A DNA stretch of 64,000 bases from Chrysomallon squamiferum (taxonomy: Eukaryota > Animalia > Mollusca): NCBI GenBank assembly GCA_012295275.1, contig CM022667.1:7874001-7938000 (forward strand). Reading direction: 5' to 3'. The notes under the pieces are model-generated. The model made no database searches and had not been told where the DNA came from. It saw nothing but the letters and a program-made list of their open reading frames with translations. A program made the translations under genes and the position numbers. This document shows, one piece after another, positions 1-25,812 of this stretch; positions within the stretch are counted from its first letter, which is position 1, and each line of letters begins with the position of its first letter.

Positions 1-1214
<1,214 letters not shown>

Positions 1215-1266
1215 TTTGCTAGGTGAGGTATAAAAACGTGATAGTTGATGAAGTTAAAACACAGAC

Positions 1267-1301
1267 ACTGATTTCTCTACACAAATGTTCCGTGTTTTAT
1301 A
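1267..1301 (-). promoter_or_regulatory. TATA box plus initiator of tubulin A
   Basis: TATAAAA at 1301-1295 lies about 26-32 nt upstream of a TCAGT Inr (1271-1267). The same layout is conserved in B, C and D. Confidence 0.75.
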
Positions 1302-2021
1302 CCCTGCCCTGTTGTTAGCACCACCCACTCGTTGTCAACGCTGATTAAGTCATTAGGTTCTTTTCACAGTTAATCCTGGAGTTGTTTTGCTGCATACACT
1401 TCATAGTTACGTGAACCTTAGTGACTGTGTTAAACTGATCAGCCATTCATGTTTGTAACAAAGGAGTAATTTTCACTTAAGTAGTTGTTTTTTTTTTATC
1501 TGCGTTGTTTGTTGTACATTCCTTCTTGTATTAGTGACCTTTTCCTGATTTATTTATATTTATATTTATATTTTTCTTTTATTCCATTTCATTTTTTATT
1601 TTATTTTAATTTTGTTTAATTTAGTATTTATATTATTTTATTTTATTTTTTATTTTTACTTTAAAAAATCAATTCATTTCTTGTTTCATTATTGTTATTT
1701 GTCTATTCTGTTCACATTTTATTCATTTGTTTATTCATTATTTGCTATCTTTCTATCTAACTTAGATAGTTATCTACTCTACTCATTTATTCTAGTCAGT
1801 GGTTATTTATTTATTTATTTATTTACTTACATATTATTATTTATTTATTTATTTTTATTTAAAACAGGTAATATTTTAAAATCTACTAATAAAAAACAGT
1901 CTAGGATTTTTTGTAGTGTGTGTGTTTGTGTGTCTGTATATAGATGTACATATATATGTATACGTATAAGTATGTTTGTATATCTATGTGCTGGCGTTAT
2001 AAATTTGTATATGTTATATAT

Positions 2022-2055
<34 letters not shown>

Positions 2056-2184
2056 CTGTGTGTATATGTATATGCGTGTCTATAGGTGTGAATGTTATTT
2101 AAAATGTATGTTAGTAGTTGAGAGTATTAAGCCAAATTATTGAAAAACGTTTTATTTTACGTCCAATACAATTTTCAGATTTTT

Positions 2185-2508
2185 TACAAAATGTTACTCG
2201 GTGTTATAAAATAATTTTCTGTGAAATTTATACAAAGTGTTACTCAGTGTTATAAAATAATTTTCTGTGAAATTTATACAAAGTGTTACTCAGTTTTATA
2301 AAATAATTTTCTGTGAAATTTATACAAAGTGTTACTCAGTTTTATAAAATAATTTTTCTGTGAAATTTATACAAAGTGTTACTCAGGGTTATAAAATATT
2401 TTTTCTGTGAAATTTATACAAAGTGTTACTCAGTGTTATAAAATAATGTATCTGTGAAATTTATACAAAGTGTTACTCAGTGTTATAAAATAATGTATCT
2501 GTGAAATT
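2185..2508. repeat. 46-bp minisatellite, ~7 copies
   Basis: Unit TGTTACTCAGTGTTATAAAATAATTTTCTGTGAAATTTATACAAAG, starting at 2192, 2238, 2284 and onward. Confidence 0.9.
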
Positions 2509-2985
2509 ATTAAAATCTTTCTGAAATGACATGTATTGTTTCTTAAAGATTGGGCAACATTTTATTATTTATTTATTTATCTATTTATTTACTTTTTTAT
2601 GCTTGTTTTATTTATTTATCTATTTATTTACTTTTTTATGCTTGTTTTATTTATTTATCTATTTATTTAATTTTTTTATTTGTTTTATTTATTTATGCAT
2701 GCATGCATTTATTTAATTATTTTTATTTCATTTAATGCGTATCTTTTTAAAAAATTTTAACCGACAGTTACCAAAACGAGTCATAATAATGACAAACAAC
2801 GTGTTTACAACTTAATTAGTGTAACTAAAACTTCTTTTAATCACGTCATGTAAATGTAGTTTGAGTTGCGTCTGCGTTCTCTGTAGTTTTACATTTAAAA
2901 ATATCTAAATTTTGTTTGTGAATATTAAAAACTGAATGTGCTACAACGATCATTTAACGACTTGTTCTTCTTCTTCTTCTTTTTC

Positions 2986-3057
<72 letters not shown>

Positions 3058-3099
3058 GTCCAGATTTTTAAAAAAAAGTAATAATAAATTAAGACAGAA

Positions 3100-3194
3100 A
3101 AAGAATTGTTTAGCTTCCACGAAAGGTCGAGAAATATCCCAACCTTCAAATATTTTTAAATTTTATTTTTCAAAAAAAAAAAAAAAAAAAAAAA

Positions 3195-3233
<39 letters not shown>

Positions 3234-3640
3234 AAAATCTTTGAAATGAAGAGTTAAAACTCTGGAAACGATTTTCACATCTATTACAGAGATTGCACAA
3301 TCACCAACGAACATCATCCTGACGTCAGAGCCTCTGTCTGACAAAAGACGTGTCACATTTACATCGACGCCTTTTCTGTTCCGTCATTATCTGGCATTAT
3401 CAGGCCCCAGAATGATATTTGAGATATTCTGTTTAGCCGATGAAGAAGGCTTAATTCAATATCGCATTAAGTATAGCTTTGAAATAAACAAAGGTTTTAT
3501 AGTTATGTTAAAAATTTCACCTGCATTTTCAAGCTAGAAAGTGTTTATAATCTTCTGTACCTCTCTACAAGTCTTCTGACAATTAATTTCATGTGGTCAG
3601 TTTTCTTCTTCCTGCAAACGCCTTTCTAAATACAAAAAAC
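3100..3640 (+). other. Unit-associated GC-richer island, copy 1 (possible decayed gene)
   Basis: Homologous to 9170-9700 and 14845-15215 (shared AAGAGTTAAAA...TTACAGAGA.TG..CA.T.ACCAA.GAAC and GACGCC.TTT). Confidence 0.5.
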
Positions 3641-3927
3641 AAACAAACACACAAATGGATGGACGCTTAACAAGGATACATTTTTGTGGCCTTATTATTA
3701 TCATCATTTCCCTCTCTCTTTTAAAATAAATACCTGTCGTGCAGAAATAGCATTATGCATACTCGAATACATATTATGATTCGTGTGACTAATTTTATTA
3801 TTTCCTTTTGTCATCACAGGCAGATACCACTGACAAGATGTGTTTACCTTTATCCAGTGGCACCCGCTTTGTCTGCTGCTTTCGTGTGTTTTTTTTGCGA
3901 TCTTCTTTATTTTATTTTATTTCTTTA

Positions 3928-3990
<63 letters not shown>

Positions 3991-4302
3991 TACTATTGTT
4001 ATTGTTATGATTAATATGTTTATTTTCAAATGTTCTAGTACCAAAGTTCTTATATTTTTCATTTTATTTTATTTTATTTATGTATTCCGTTCTTTATTTC
4101 TTTCTTCTTTTTCTTTCTCTCTTTCTTTATGTCTTCCTTTGTTTCTTTATTTCTTTTTTATTAGACAGGCGTGCTAGAATCTTCAGCCGTTCCACGAATT
4201 CAAGTAAAATTATACTCAACGATCAAACATGTCCCATACAGCAACATTTTTATGAAATAAAAACAAAATTCAGGTTTTTTGTCAAATGTTTTATTTTAGC
4301 AA

Positions 4303-4333
<31 letters not shown>

Positions 4334-4472
4334 TAGTACAAATCGTATGGTGCTTAAATAAATGTTTCTGTAAAAATATTTATAAGATGTACAAAAAGCG
4401 TTAAAAATTAAAATATTCTGTTTAAAAAACCGAAAAATTGAATCAGTTTTGTTTGACGACAAGTAAGTCAGT

Positions 4473-7190
<2,718 letters not shown>

Positions 7191-7244
7191 TTTGCTAGGC
7201 GAGGTATAAAAACGTGATAGTTGATGAAGTTAAAACACAGACAC

Positions 7245-7279
7245 ACTGATTTCTCTACACAAATGTTCCGTGTTTTATA
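7245..7279 (-). promoter_or_regulatory. TATA plus Inr of tubulin B
   Basis: TATAAAA at 7279-7273 and TCAGT at 7249-7245. Confidence 0.75.
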
Positions 7280-7836
7280 CCCTGCCCTCTTGTTGCCACA
7301 ACCCACTCGTTGTCAACGCTGATTAAGTCATTAGGTTCTTTTCACAGTTAATCCCGGATTATCGTATCCGAAATTGTTTTGATCAGCCATTCATGTTTGT
7401 AACAAAGAAGTAATTTTCACCTAAGTACTTTTCTTTATCTGTCCTTTGCGTGGTGTGTTGTACATTCCTTTATTTTTCAGAGATATTCTTATGGTTTATT
7501 TATATTTATATTTATATTTATATTTATATTTATATTTATATTTATATTTATATTTATATTTATATTTATATTTATATTTTATTTTATTTTTATTTTTGTT
7601 TTATACTACTTTAGTTTTATTTTAGTTTAGTTTAGTATTTATTTTATTTTATTTTATTTTATTTTATTTTATTTTTTATTTTTATTTTTAGTTTAATTCA
7701 TTTCTTGTTTCATTGTTATTTGCCTATTCTATTCACATTTAATTTATTGGTTTATTTATTATTTTCCTATCTTTCTATCTAATTTACTGATTTCTAATTT
7801 AGATATTTATCTACTCTATTCAGTTATTCTAGCCAG

Positions 7837-7871
<35 letters not shown>

Positions 7872-8157
7872 TGTTTTTATTTATTCATTTATTTATCTAT
7901 TTATTGACTTAAAAAAAAAGGTAATATTTTGAAATCTACTAATAAAACGCACAATCAAGGACCTTTTATTTTTGCATGCTTTTTTGTTTTGTATATGTGT
8001 GTGTTATATACTTATATCTGTGCGTGTGTGTCTGTGTGTGTGTGTGTGTCGATAGGTGTGAATGTTTTTTAATGTTATTTAAAAAGTATATCAATAGCTT
8101 AGAATATTAAGTCAATTCATTGAAAAATATTTTATTTTACATGATATTTTTCATATT

Positions 8158-8581
8158 TTATACAAAATGTTACTGAATATTATTAAATACTGTGTCTGTG
8201 AAATTTATGCAAAATGTTACTGAATATTATAAAATAATGTATCTGTGAAATTTATATGAAATGTTACTGAATGTTATAAAAAAATATATCTGAGAAATTT
8301 ATATAAAATGTTACTGAATATTATAAAATAATGTATCTGTGAAATTTATATAAAATGTTACTGAATATTATAAAATAATATATCTGTGAAATTTATATAA
8401 AATGTTACTGAATATTATAAAATAATGTATCTGTGAAATTTATATAAAATGTTACTGAATATTATAAAATAATGTATCTGTGAAATTTATATAAAATGTT
8501 ACTGAATATTATAAAATAATATATCTGTGAAATTTATATAAAATGTTACTGAATGTTATAAAATAATGTATCTGTGAAATA
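8158..8581. repeat. 46-bp minisatellite, ~9 copies
   Basis: Unit TGTTACTGAATATTATAAAATAATGTATCTGTGAAATTTATATAAAA, homologous to the 2185-2508 array. Confidence 0.9.
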
Positions 8582-9006
8582 ATTAGATTTTGTCTAAAAT
8601 AATTTGAAAAAAACAAAACATGTCTGCCTTTTGTTTCTTAATAGTTTGGTCACCATTTTATTTATTTATTTATTTATTTACTTTGTTGTTTGTTTGTTTG
8701 TTTACCTTTTTCTTTGTTTATTTTATTTTATTTCATTTTATTTATTTATTTATCTGTCTATTTACGTTTTTAGTTTTAATGAATATGTTGTAAAAAAAAG
8801 TTATAAAACTTTCGATAATAATGATAATGTGTTTAAAGCTTGATTAGTGTTGTTATAACAAAACGAGTTTTGATCAAGTTAAGTAAATGTGGTTTCTGCT
8901 TCGTTCTCTGTAGTTTTACATTTACATATATCTAAATTTTTATTTGTGAATATTAAAAACTGAAGGTGATGTAACTGTCATTTGACTTCTTATTGTTGTT
9001 TTTCTT

Positions 9007-9037
<31 letters not shown>

Positions 9038-9089
9038 TTATTATTATTATCATTATTATTATTATTATTATTACTACTACTACTACTAC

Positions 9090-9122
<33 letters not shown>

Positions 9123-9169
9123 GCAAGACAAAAAAAAAAAAAAAAAAAAAAGAAGAGGAAAAAAAAAGT

Positions 9170-9700
9170 TGTTTAGCTTCCCGGCACTGTCGAAAAATAT
9201 TCCCACCTCCAAATATTTTTATATGTTTATTTTTCAAATAAAGAGTTAAAATCTAAAAACGATTCCCACCACCACCACCACCACACCACCCTGTTACAGA
9301 GATTGTGCAATCACCAACGAACTTCATCCTGACATTACTGCCGTCTCTGACAAAACCTGTAGCTCTTGCGTCTGTGCATTTACACCGACGCCATTTGTTT
9401 TCTATTTCATCATTGTCAAGCACTGTCAGATCACAGAATCTACGGTTCAAACATCTTTTGTCCCGCCTATAAACAGACAGAAAGTGATCTTTGTGACATG
9501 CTGTATAGGCAAGGAAGGCTTCATAGAACGAAATGTTAACAAAGATTACAAAGTTAACAAAGTTAACAAAGATTTTATAGCAGCTTTATTTTCTAGCTGG
9601 AAAATGTTTATAATCTTTTGTACCCTTGTTTCAGTCTTCTGACAATGAATTTCATATGGTTAGTTTTTTTCTTCATGCATATGTCTTTCTTCAAACAAAA
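9170..9700 (+). other. Unit-associated island, copy 2, with a stop-free frame at 9250-9642
   Basis: Homologous to 3100-3640. The + frame is open for 130 codons (..CYRDCAITNELHPD..PFVFYF..WKMFIIFCTLVSVF*) and has no early ATG. Confidence 0.5.
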
Positions 9701-10018
9701 TAAAAATTAAAAGCCTCATTCATAAAATGAAATGGGTAGACGCAAAACAAGTATACTTTTCTGTAGCCATATTTTTACTATAATCATCTTTTTTATTATT
9801 ATTTCTTGTAGTTTGTTCATTTTTAATTCCAAAAGTTTTAAAATAAATGTTTGTAGTACACAAGTAGCACGATGCATACTAGAGTGCATGTTATATTATG
9901 ATCAGTTTGTGACTAATTTTTATATTTCCTTCTTCACTTCAGGCAGATACCACTCACAAGACGTGTTTGTACCCTTATCCAGTGACGCCTGTTTCATCTC
10001 TTTCTTTCTTTTCTTTTC

Positions 10019-10088
<70 letters not shown>

Positions 10089-10472
10089 ATATTTTTGTAT
10101 GCATATCTACTGGTACCAAAGTTTATATTCCTTCAGCCGTTCCACGAATTCTTTTAAATGATGACTGACTAAGGCGGTAAAATACTGAATTCAAGTAAAA
10201 TTATATTCAGCGATCAAACATGTCCGATAAAGGAATATTTGAAATAAAATAAAAACAAAATTCAGGTTTATTTATAAAATGTTTTATTTTAGCAATAAAA
10301 ATAAATATATAAATAAATAAATTAGTACAAATCATATGGCGTGTAAATAAATGTTTGTGTAAAAATATTTTTAAGATGTATAAAGAGCGAAAAATATTCA
10401 GTTTACAACACCAAAGATTTAAGTCAGTTTTGTTTGTCGAGAATGTGTGGGCCAAGATTTGAGTAAGTCAGT

Positions 10473-13218
<2,746 letters not shown>

Positions 13219-13270
13219 TTTGCTAGGTGAGGTGTAAAAACGTGATAGCTGATGAAGTTAAAACACAGAT

Positions 13271-13305
13271 ACTGATTTCTCTACACAAATGTTCCGTGTT
13301 TTATA
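13271..13305 (-). promoter_or_regulatory. TATA plus Inr of tubulin C
   Basis: TATAAAA at 13305-13299 and TCAGT at 13275-13271. Confidence 0.75.
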
Positions 13306-13959
13306 CCCTGCCCTGTTGTTAGCACCACCCACTCGTTGTCAACGCTGATTAGGTTCTTTTCACATTTAATCCTGGAGTTGTTTTGCTGCATTCACTTCAT
13401 AGTTACGTGAACCTTATTGACTGTGTTAAACTGATCAGCCATTCATGTTTGTAACAAAGAAGTAATTTTCACGTAAGTAGTTTTCTTTGTATTGTACATT
13501 CCTTCTTGTATTAGAGCACTTCTTATCATTTATTTATATTTATATTTATATTTATATTTATATTTATATTTATATTTATATTTATATTTATATTTATTTT
13601 TATTTTTATATTTAAAGTTTTGTTTTTGTTATATTTTTAGTCTAGTTTAGTTGAGTTTTTATTTTATTTTATTTTTGTTTGTTTGTTTGTTTATTTATTT
13701 GCTTACTTTCTTAAAAGAAGGTAATATTTTAAAATCCAGTAATAAAATATACAATCAAGGACTTTTTTAGTTTTGTATGGTTTTCTTTGTGTATGTGTGT
13801 ATGTATGGATATGTCTGTATATCTATGCATTGGTATGAATATGTTTGTGTTATATGCGTATCTATAGATATGAGTGTTATATAATATTATTTAAAATGTA
13901 TATCAATAAGGCAAATTATTTTATTTTACGTCACTGGTAATGTCACAGTTTTCAGCTTT

Positions 13960-14230
13960 TATATAAAATGTTACTGAATATTATAAAATAATGTATCTGT
14001 GAAATTTATACAAAATGTTACTGAATGTGTATCTGTGAAATTTATACAAAATGTTACTTAATGTTATAAAATAATATATCTGTGAAATTTATACAAAATG
14101 TTACTGAATATTATAAAATAATGTATCTGTGAAATTTATACAAAATGTTATTGAATAGTATAAAATAATGTATCTGTGAAATTTATACAAAATGTTACTG
14201 AATATTATAAAATAATGTATCTGTGAAATT
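13960..14230. repeat. 46-bp minisatellite, ~6 copies (one internally deleted)
   Basis: Same family as the arrays at 2185 and 8158. Confidence 0.9.
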
Positions 14231-14708
14231 AGTAAAATTGTTTTGAAAAATAGCATACGTTTGTGTCTTGTTAGATAATGATTTGGTCAATGTTTTATTT
14301 ATTTATTTATTTATTTATTTATTGTTTTTTTACGTTTTGTCTTATTAATGTTTTGGTCAAATTTTATTTATTTATTTATTTATTTTGTTTTCTTTGTTTT
14401 CTTATTGTGTGTTTTATTTTATTTTTGTTTTTTTTATTTATTTTCTTTCTTTCATTTTTTAATTTATTTACCTGTTTGGTTGCTTGTTTATTTGTGTATT
14501 TATTTTTATTAGTTTTAATGAGTGTGTTGTCACTCTTGATTTCAGTAAAAACAGTGATAATAATGACAAACAATGTGTTTACATCTTAACTACTGTTGTT
14601 AAAAAAAGCGTGCTTTGATGATTTTATATAAATGTAGTTTGTGTTGCTTTCTACATTTTTCTTTGTCAACATTAAAAACTGATCGTGCTATGTCATTTGA
14701 CTCTTGTT

Positions 14709-14809
<101 letters not shown>

Positions 14810-14844
14810 GGCCAGATTTAAAAAAATAAAAATAGTAACAACTT

Positions 14845-15215
14845 GTATAGTTTCCCCGCACTGTCGAGAAAACCCCAAACTCCAAATATTTTTTATTTTA
14901 CTTTTCAAAAAAAAAAAAAAAAAATAATAATAAAAAGTTCCATCAAATAAAGAGTTAAAACTAAAAAAAACGTGATTTTCCCGCCTATTACAGAGACTGC
15001 GCAGTGACCAATGAACTTCGTCCTGGCGTCTGTGTGTCTGTTGGACAAAGCTGTACCTCTTACGACTGCGCCTTTACATGGACGCCATTTTGTTTTCTGT
15101 TCTGTTGTTATCAGGCTTTATAAGTCATAGAACAGAAGGTTGAAACTTCTTTTGTTGCGCTTATATTGATATTTGTGATATGGCTGCGTAGCCAAGGAAG
15201 ACTTCATAAAGCAAA
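14845..15215 (+). other. Unit-associated island, copy 3
   Basis: Homologous to copies 1 and 2. One frame reads DFPAYYRDCAVTNELRPG...TWTPFCFLFCC before a stop. Confidence 0.5.
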
Positions 15216-16406
15216 ATTACACTCACTGTTTACTGATGTAGATCAGCTTTCAGTTGTCTGCTTTCTTTTCTTTACAATTCTTTACAGTGTGTTAATTACG
15301 ATGATATTGGGATTGGTTTTATATTATTTGAAAATTTCCACAAAAGTAACAAAAAATAAAAAAAATAAAAATTAAATGAATAAAATAGATGAAGACTTGT
15401 TTCTTTGTTTCTTTGTTTTGTATTTTGTTCATTTTTAATTCTAAAAGTTTTAAAATAAATTCTTGTAATTTCGTGCACAAATAGTATGTGTTTAGTATGT
15501 GATTTATTTTTTTCTTTCTTTGTATAAATCCTTCACCATCATAGACAGATATTATCGTGTTTGTATTTATTTATTTATTTATTTTATATAATTATTATTA
15601 GTAGTAAAGTTATAAATAATTAACACTGGAAATGAATAATAATATCTAAATTTTAGTGGTTTATTTATTTCTAATGAATTATTTCTATGTCGTGTCTGGG
15701 ACATCTCTGAAAATATGTTTTTATTTCCACAGAATACAGTTAACTGAAACAGTTTTTTAAATTTTCGTTGTTGTTGTTGCTGCTGTTTTGTTGCTGATGA
15801 TGATATTATGGCTGCTATTGTTACTATTGCTGCTGTTGTTTGTCAAGGTGGGTTAAATAAAACATTCAGAGTCTGTCTTGTAATTAGACCAGTACTAAGA
15901 CACAGATTCGAACATGATGTCAAGTTCTGAGTTCTAATCACAGAGGTATATTAAAATCAGTTATTCTCTTACTCTTTATTTCTCTCTCTCTTTCTATTTT
16001 TTTTTTTTTTTTTTCTTCATCTAGAACTAACACAAACAGTTTTAGGCAGAATATGCTATTCTTTGGATCTGTGTTCTAGACAGGCATGCGAGAATATTCA
16101 GCTGTTGAACGAACACGAAGGCGGTAAAAATATTACTGAATTCAAGTAAAATTATACTCATAGATTAAAGATATCCGACAAAAGAGGGCTTCAAATTTTT
16201 AAAAACAAAATGCATTTTTTTTATATAATTTTTATTTTAACAATAAAAATAAATATTTAAATTAATGAATGAATTTGTACAAATCGTATGGTGCATAAAT
16301 AAAAGTTTCTATAAACATATTTTTAAAATGTTTAGTTTCCAACACCAAAGATTTAAGTCAGTTTTGTTTGTCGAGAATGTGTGGGCCAAGATTTGAGTAA
16401 GTCAGT

Positions 16407-19020
<2,614 letters not shown>

Positions 19021-19074
19021 TTTGCTAGGCGAGGTATAAAAACGTGATAGTTGATGAAGTTAAAACACAGATTC

Positions 19075-19109
19075 ACTGATTTCTCTACACAAATGTTCCG
19101 TGTTTTATA
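19075..19109 (-). promoter_or_regulatory. TATA plus Inr of tubulin D
   Basis: TATAAAA at 19109-19103 and TCAGT about 25 nt downstream. Confidence 0.75.
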
Positions 19110-20017
19110 CCCTGCCCTCTTGTTGCCATCACCCACTCGTAGTCAACGCTGATTATGTCATTAGGGTTCGTTTCATAGTTAATCCCGGATTATCGTTATG
19201 CGAATTCCAGTTGCTCAGTTAACTGTTTAAAAAAATAGTAACAATAACAATTAAAAAGAATAATAATAATACATCCAGCTGACGAGGTAATCACTGTTAT
19301 TGAGAAACCAGGTGGTTAGGATTTTACATCACCCAAACAACATAGATGTCTTGTTATTGTTATATACTGTTTATATTTATTTACTAACTTATTTATTTAT
19401 TTATTTATTTGATTTATTTCCTATTATATTTCTTTATTTTATTGGGTTTTTCTATTTTTTCTATTTTTTCTTATTTTTTTCTTTTCTATTTATTTATCTA
19501 TTTATTTACGATGTCATAGGTTTGTATTTTATAGTTTGTTCTAGAATGCACGCGAATCTATATTCCATATATTTTTATTTTTGTGTATTACATGGACTTA
19601 TTACCATTTTACTTATACTTTATTGTTATTATTATTATTATTATCATCATTATTATGTTGTTTGTTGTTGTTATTATCATCATCATTATCATTATCTTTA
19701 TTACTTTATACTCATCATCATCATTATCATTATCATTATCATATTATTATTACAGTTGTGGTTATTGTTGTTGTATTCGAAATGATAGACAAGTCTACAT
19801 TGTTCTTACAAAAATATGATTTATGAAAATCTGTTAAAAGTGGAAAACATCGGATGATTTCCCTCCCTTTGTTTTGTTTTATCTATCTATCTATCTATCT
19901 GTTTATTTTTTTTTTTTTTTTTTTATTTTATTTTATTTTATTTTATTTATTTTTTTTGGTGGTTTTTTTTTTTTTCGGTAATGAAGATTTTTTATGAGGT
20001 TGTTCACTAAAGATCCG

Positions 20018-20039
20018 TTACGTCATCATTTTGACGTCA
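20018..20039. promoter_or_regulatory. Paired CRE/ATF-like sites upstream of the orphan ORF
   Basis: TTACGTCA (20018-20025) and a perfect TGACGTCA (20032-20039), about 160 nt before the ATG at 20194. Confidence 0.4.
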
Positions 20040-20193
20040 TAATGAATAACTATGGTACCAAGCCCATACTGAAAGTTTATTTTTACGTTGTGCATTTGAG
20101 CTGCCGAAAACATTTCACTTCTTATTTGTTCTAACAAAAAATAATAATAAATTTAAAAACAACAACAAAAAAAAAAAAAAAAACACACAAAAA

Positions 20194-20835
20194 ATGGGAT
20201 TTTTAACTCTGGTGACTTCGCTCATTTCCCATTTTCTTGGGACGCAGAACTACGTTCTGGACCTGATTCTCATCTCTTTTGACATGTGCAACTGTGGCTT
20301 CAACGATTTTACCGCTTGTCAGCAGGAATGTTCTAGCGAAGTAAACCTGTACTGTCTGCCATTTTGGTTTGTCACTCTTCTCATTCTGCTCATCATAATC
20401 GGCTTGACGAGCGTCTGTGGTCTGCTGTACGCCGAGAACTCCTGCCTCAGACAGATGTGGTTCATCGGAATCAGTCTCAAAATGTTTGCGTTCTGCGCAA
20501 GCTTCGTTATCGCCCCCATTGAAGTGGTCAGTTTGTACACAAAGTCCACCATTCTGAAGCCAAGTTTAAGACGGTACCTCTTCCACGCCAACTGCTTAGC
20601 TTTCTGTTTTCTTCTCCTGTCGCGTTTAATATTTTTTCAGAGGAACAGATTTTTTATTGGAATGTACAGAACGAAGAAGAAAAGATCTTCAAAAACGCTG
20701 AAAATGTGGGTCAGGTTGAAAGATTTTGTGCAAATGTTAAACAAAATTCGATGTCATCCGTTTCTGAACCTGATCGACGATGAATACTTGAGTTTCTCAC
20801 CAAAAACGACAAGAAACGGCGCAGTTTACGGTTAA
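20194..20835 (+). CDS. Intronless uncharacterised multi-pass membrane protein, 213 aa
   Basis: AAAAATGG start context and a 642-nt ORF clearly more GC-rich than its flanks, with no low-complexity sequence. It has 3-4 hydrophobic segments, a Cys-rich loop (CNCGFNDFTACQQEC) and a basic C-terminal tail (RTKKKRSSK). Confidence 0.65.
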   Translation: MGFLTLVTSLISHFLGTQNYVLDLILISFDMCNCGFNDFTACQQECSSEVNLYCLPFWFVTLLILLIIIGLTSVCGLLYAENSCLRQMWFIGISLKMFAFCASFVIAPIEVVSLYTKSTILKPSLRRYLFHANCLAFCFLLLSRLIFFQRNRFFIGMYRTKKKRSSKTLKMWVRLKDFVQMLNKIRCHPFLNLIDDEYLSFSPKTTRNGAVYG

Positions 20836-21821
20836 CTTTCTGCTAATACTGTGACAGTCCGAGTTAATGATGAGTTATCACAAAAACAATATGGTTATTA
20901 TTCACATTTCTATTATTCAATAATTGTTTTAATTTTGATTTTTATTATTCATTTTCATGATATTTTGTTTTTATTATTTACATGTTTACACGTTTTAAAT
21001 ATTTAATATATACATTTTCACTTTTAATCTTTTTTTTTTTTTTTTTTTTTTTTTTGTATTTGCAAATCATTTTAAAATAGCTCGTTTTAATAGATCGTGA
21101 AATTAAACATTTAAATGTTCGTTTTCTATGACTGAAATCTTATGAAAGAATATGTAAAATAAAAATGTTACTTTTATTTACAAATTGATTTTATCTTGTC
21201 TCATTAAAAAAATGAATTTTATTACTTCTTGTACCAGGTTGAGAATCCCTTATTCATATTTCTTCGTTCTGTTTTCATTTTACGTTTAAAAACCAATTAA
21301 ATACGATTCATGTTTTGAGATTTATTGAGTTTTAATGTTAAAATGTAAAATAACCGTATCATCCTCCCGTTTCGATTTCATTTGTAAAGTTAAAATGTAA
21401 AAACAATGAGCTAAGAAAATGTGTCACGACACTTTTTAATCTTCTCGCCTCACCTTAAAAGAAATCTATTAACACTGGAACACTAATGAATTACGCATGT
21501 GTAGCAATTTATATTTAATGATTCTTTCATCCTATTATTTCACATTCAGTAGATTTAAACAGTCTACTGCACCTGGTGATCAGTCAAAATTGCTGGGATC
21601 CATCATACACTGTAAGCACAGCAAAACGTGTCAGTGCTCTCAACAGGTTACAGACAGCGGTACCAGCATCTTTTTAATTATACAAAACGTTTCATAAAAC
21701 ATCTTTACAGACGACGGTTTTATTCCCATACACTGAATCAAAAACAATCTTACCACTTATCTGTAACAACAAATTAATAAATACAAATTATCTTGCGACA
21801 GGAAATTTAAAATAAATTAGT

Positions 21822-24618
<2,797 letters not shown>

Positions 24619-24697
24619 TCTACAAGGTGAATTGCATACATTAACATGCAGCAGTTGAAAAAATCATTTAAGAAAAAAAGTGAGCAGACGTTCCCTG

Positions 24698-24704
24698 TTT
24701 TATA
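24698..24704 (-). promoter_or_regulatory. TATA box of tubulin E
   Basis: TATAAAA about 80 nt upstream of the ATG, matching the position in A-D. Confidence 0.65.
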
Positions 24705-25812
24705 CCCCACCTTGTCAGCTCTGAGTCCAGTCGTTATACGCTGAGAGGCACAAATAGGGTTACAGAATTTAACACAGTAAGATCTGTAATGCTTTGGCGG
24801 AATTATTCGCGTATTAATACCCTTACAGTCACCCTCACGTACGTAGCATGATTTCTTTTCACAACATGAAATGCACGAGCATGCTGAAATATATTTTCGT
24901 GTGTACAGTAACTTGACGATGCCAGCAGTACAGTCAAATAAGATGAAAGAACAGAAAATAAACAAAATAATAATAATAAAGAATTAAAAATTACAGTTCC
25001 GCGTGCGGCATCCTTATATAGGCGTGTAAAAGATTACTTGAAGTTAATAATAAAAAAACAAAAAAACATCTTGTCTTTTATCACTGGATTTCATCTTTTC
25101 TGCTAAATATATAAGAAAGTCAACGTGTTGTAGAAAAATGAAATTGTTTTTAATTCATTTGTTCATTCAGTTATAGATACAAAATACATTACATATATGC
25201 GTACATACAAAGACATGAGTGTATATATATATATATGTATTATGTATGCAAGTTTGCATGCTTCTGCGTATTAATGTTTGTGTGTGTGTATATGTGTGTG
25301 TATATGTGTGTATATATAACGAATGTTCCACCCTTACAAACAGTAGGTCATAACAATGTTACCTATTTGAACAAATTTCTGTAGTGTCAGGATTAAACCT
25401 TTTATCAGTTGTCAGCCCACAGTTCTTAAGTTAGTGATAACAACCTTAACCAGGAAGGTTTTTTGTTTCTAACACGTCGGTGATATCAAAACAACGGCAA
25501 CCATTACCTCTCTGATCGCCATACTGTCAAAATCAAGGTATGTAGATATGTGCGTCTGTTTGTGCGTGTATGGGTGCGTGTGTATTTGCCGTGGTGGTGG
25601 CTGACTTAGTATTAGTTGATATTGTTACAGGAGTAATAGTCATAGTCGTAGTTATTGTGTCATACTTGAAGTAGTACCAGTCGTTGTTGTTTTATGGCAG
25701 CACAGTGTATAATTAACATAATTATAATCATTATTAATTTGAATTATTATAATCACTGTTTAATTTATAAGTAAATTATTTCACCTGTTTACAGACTACA
25801 GAAGAAGACGAC

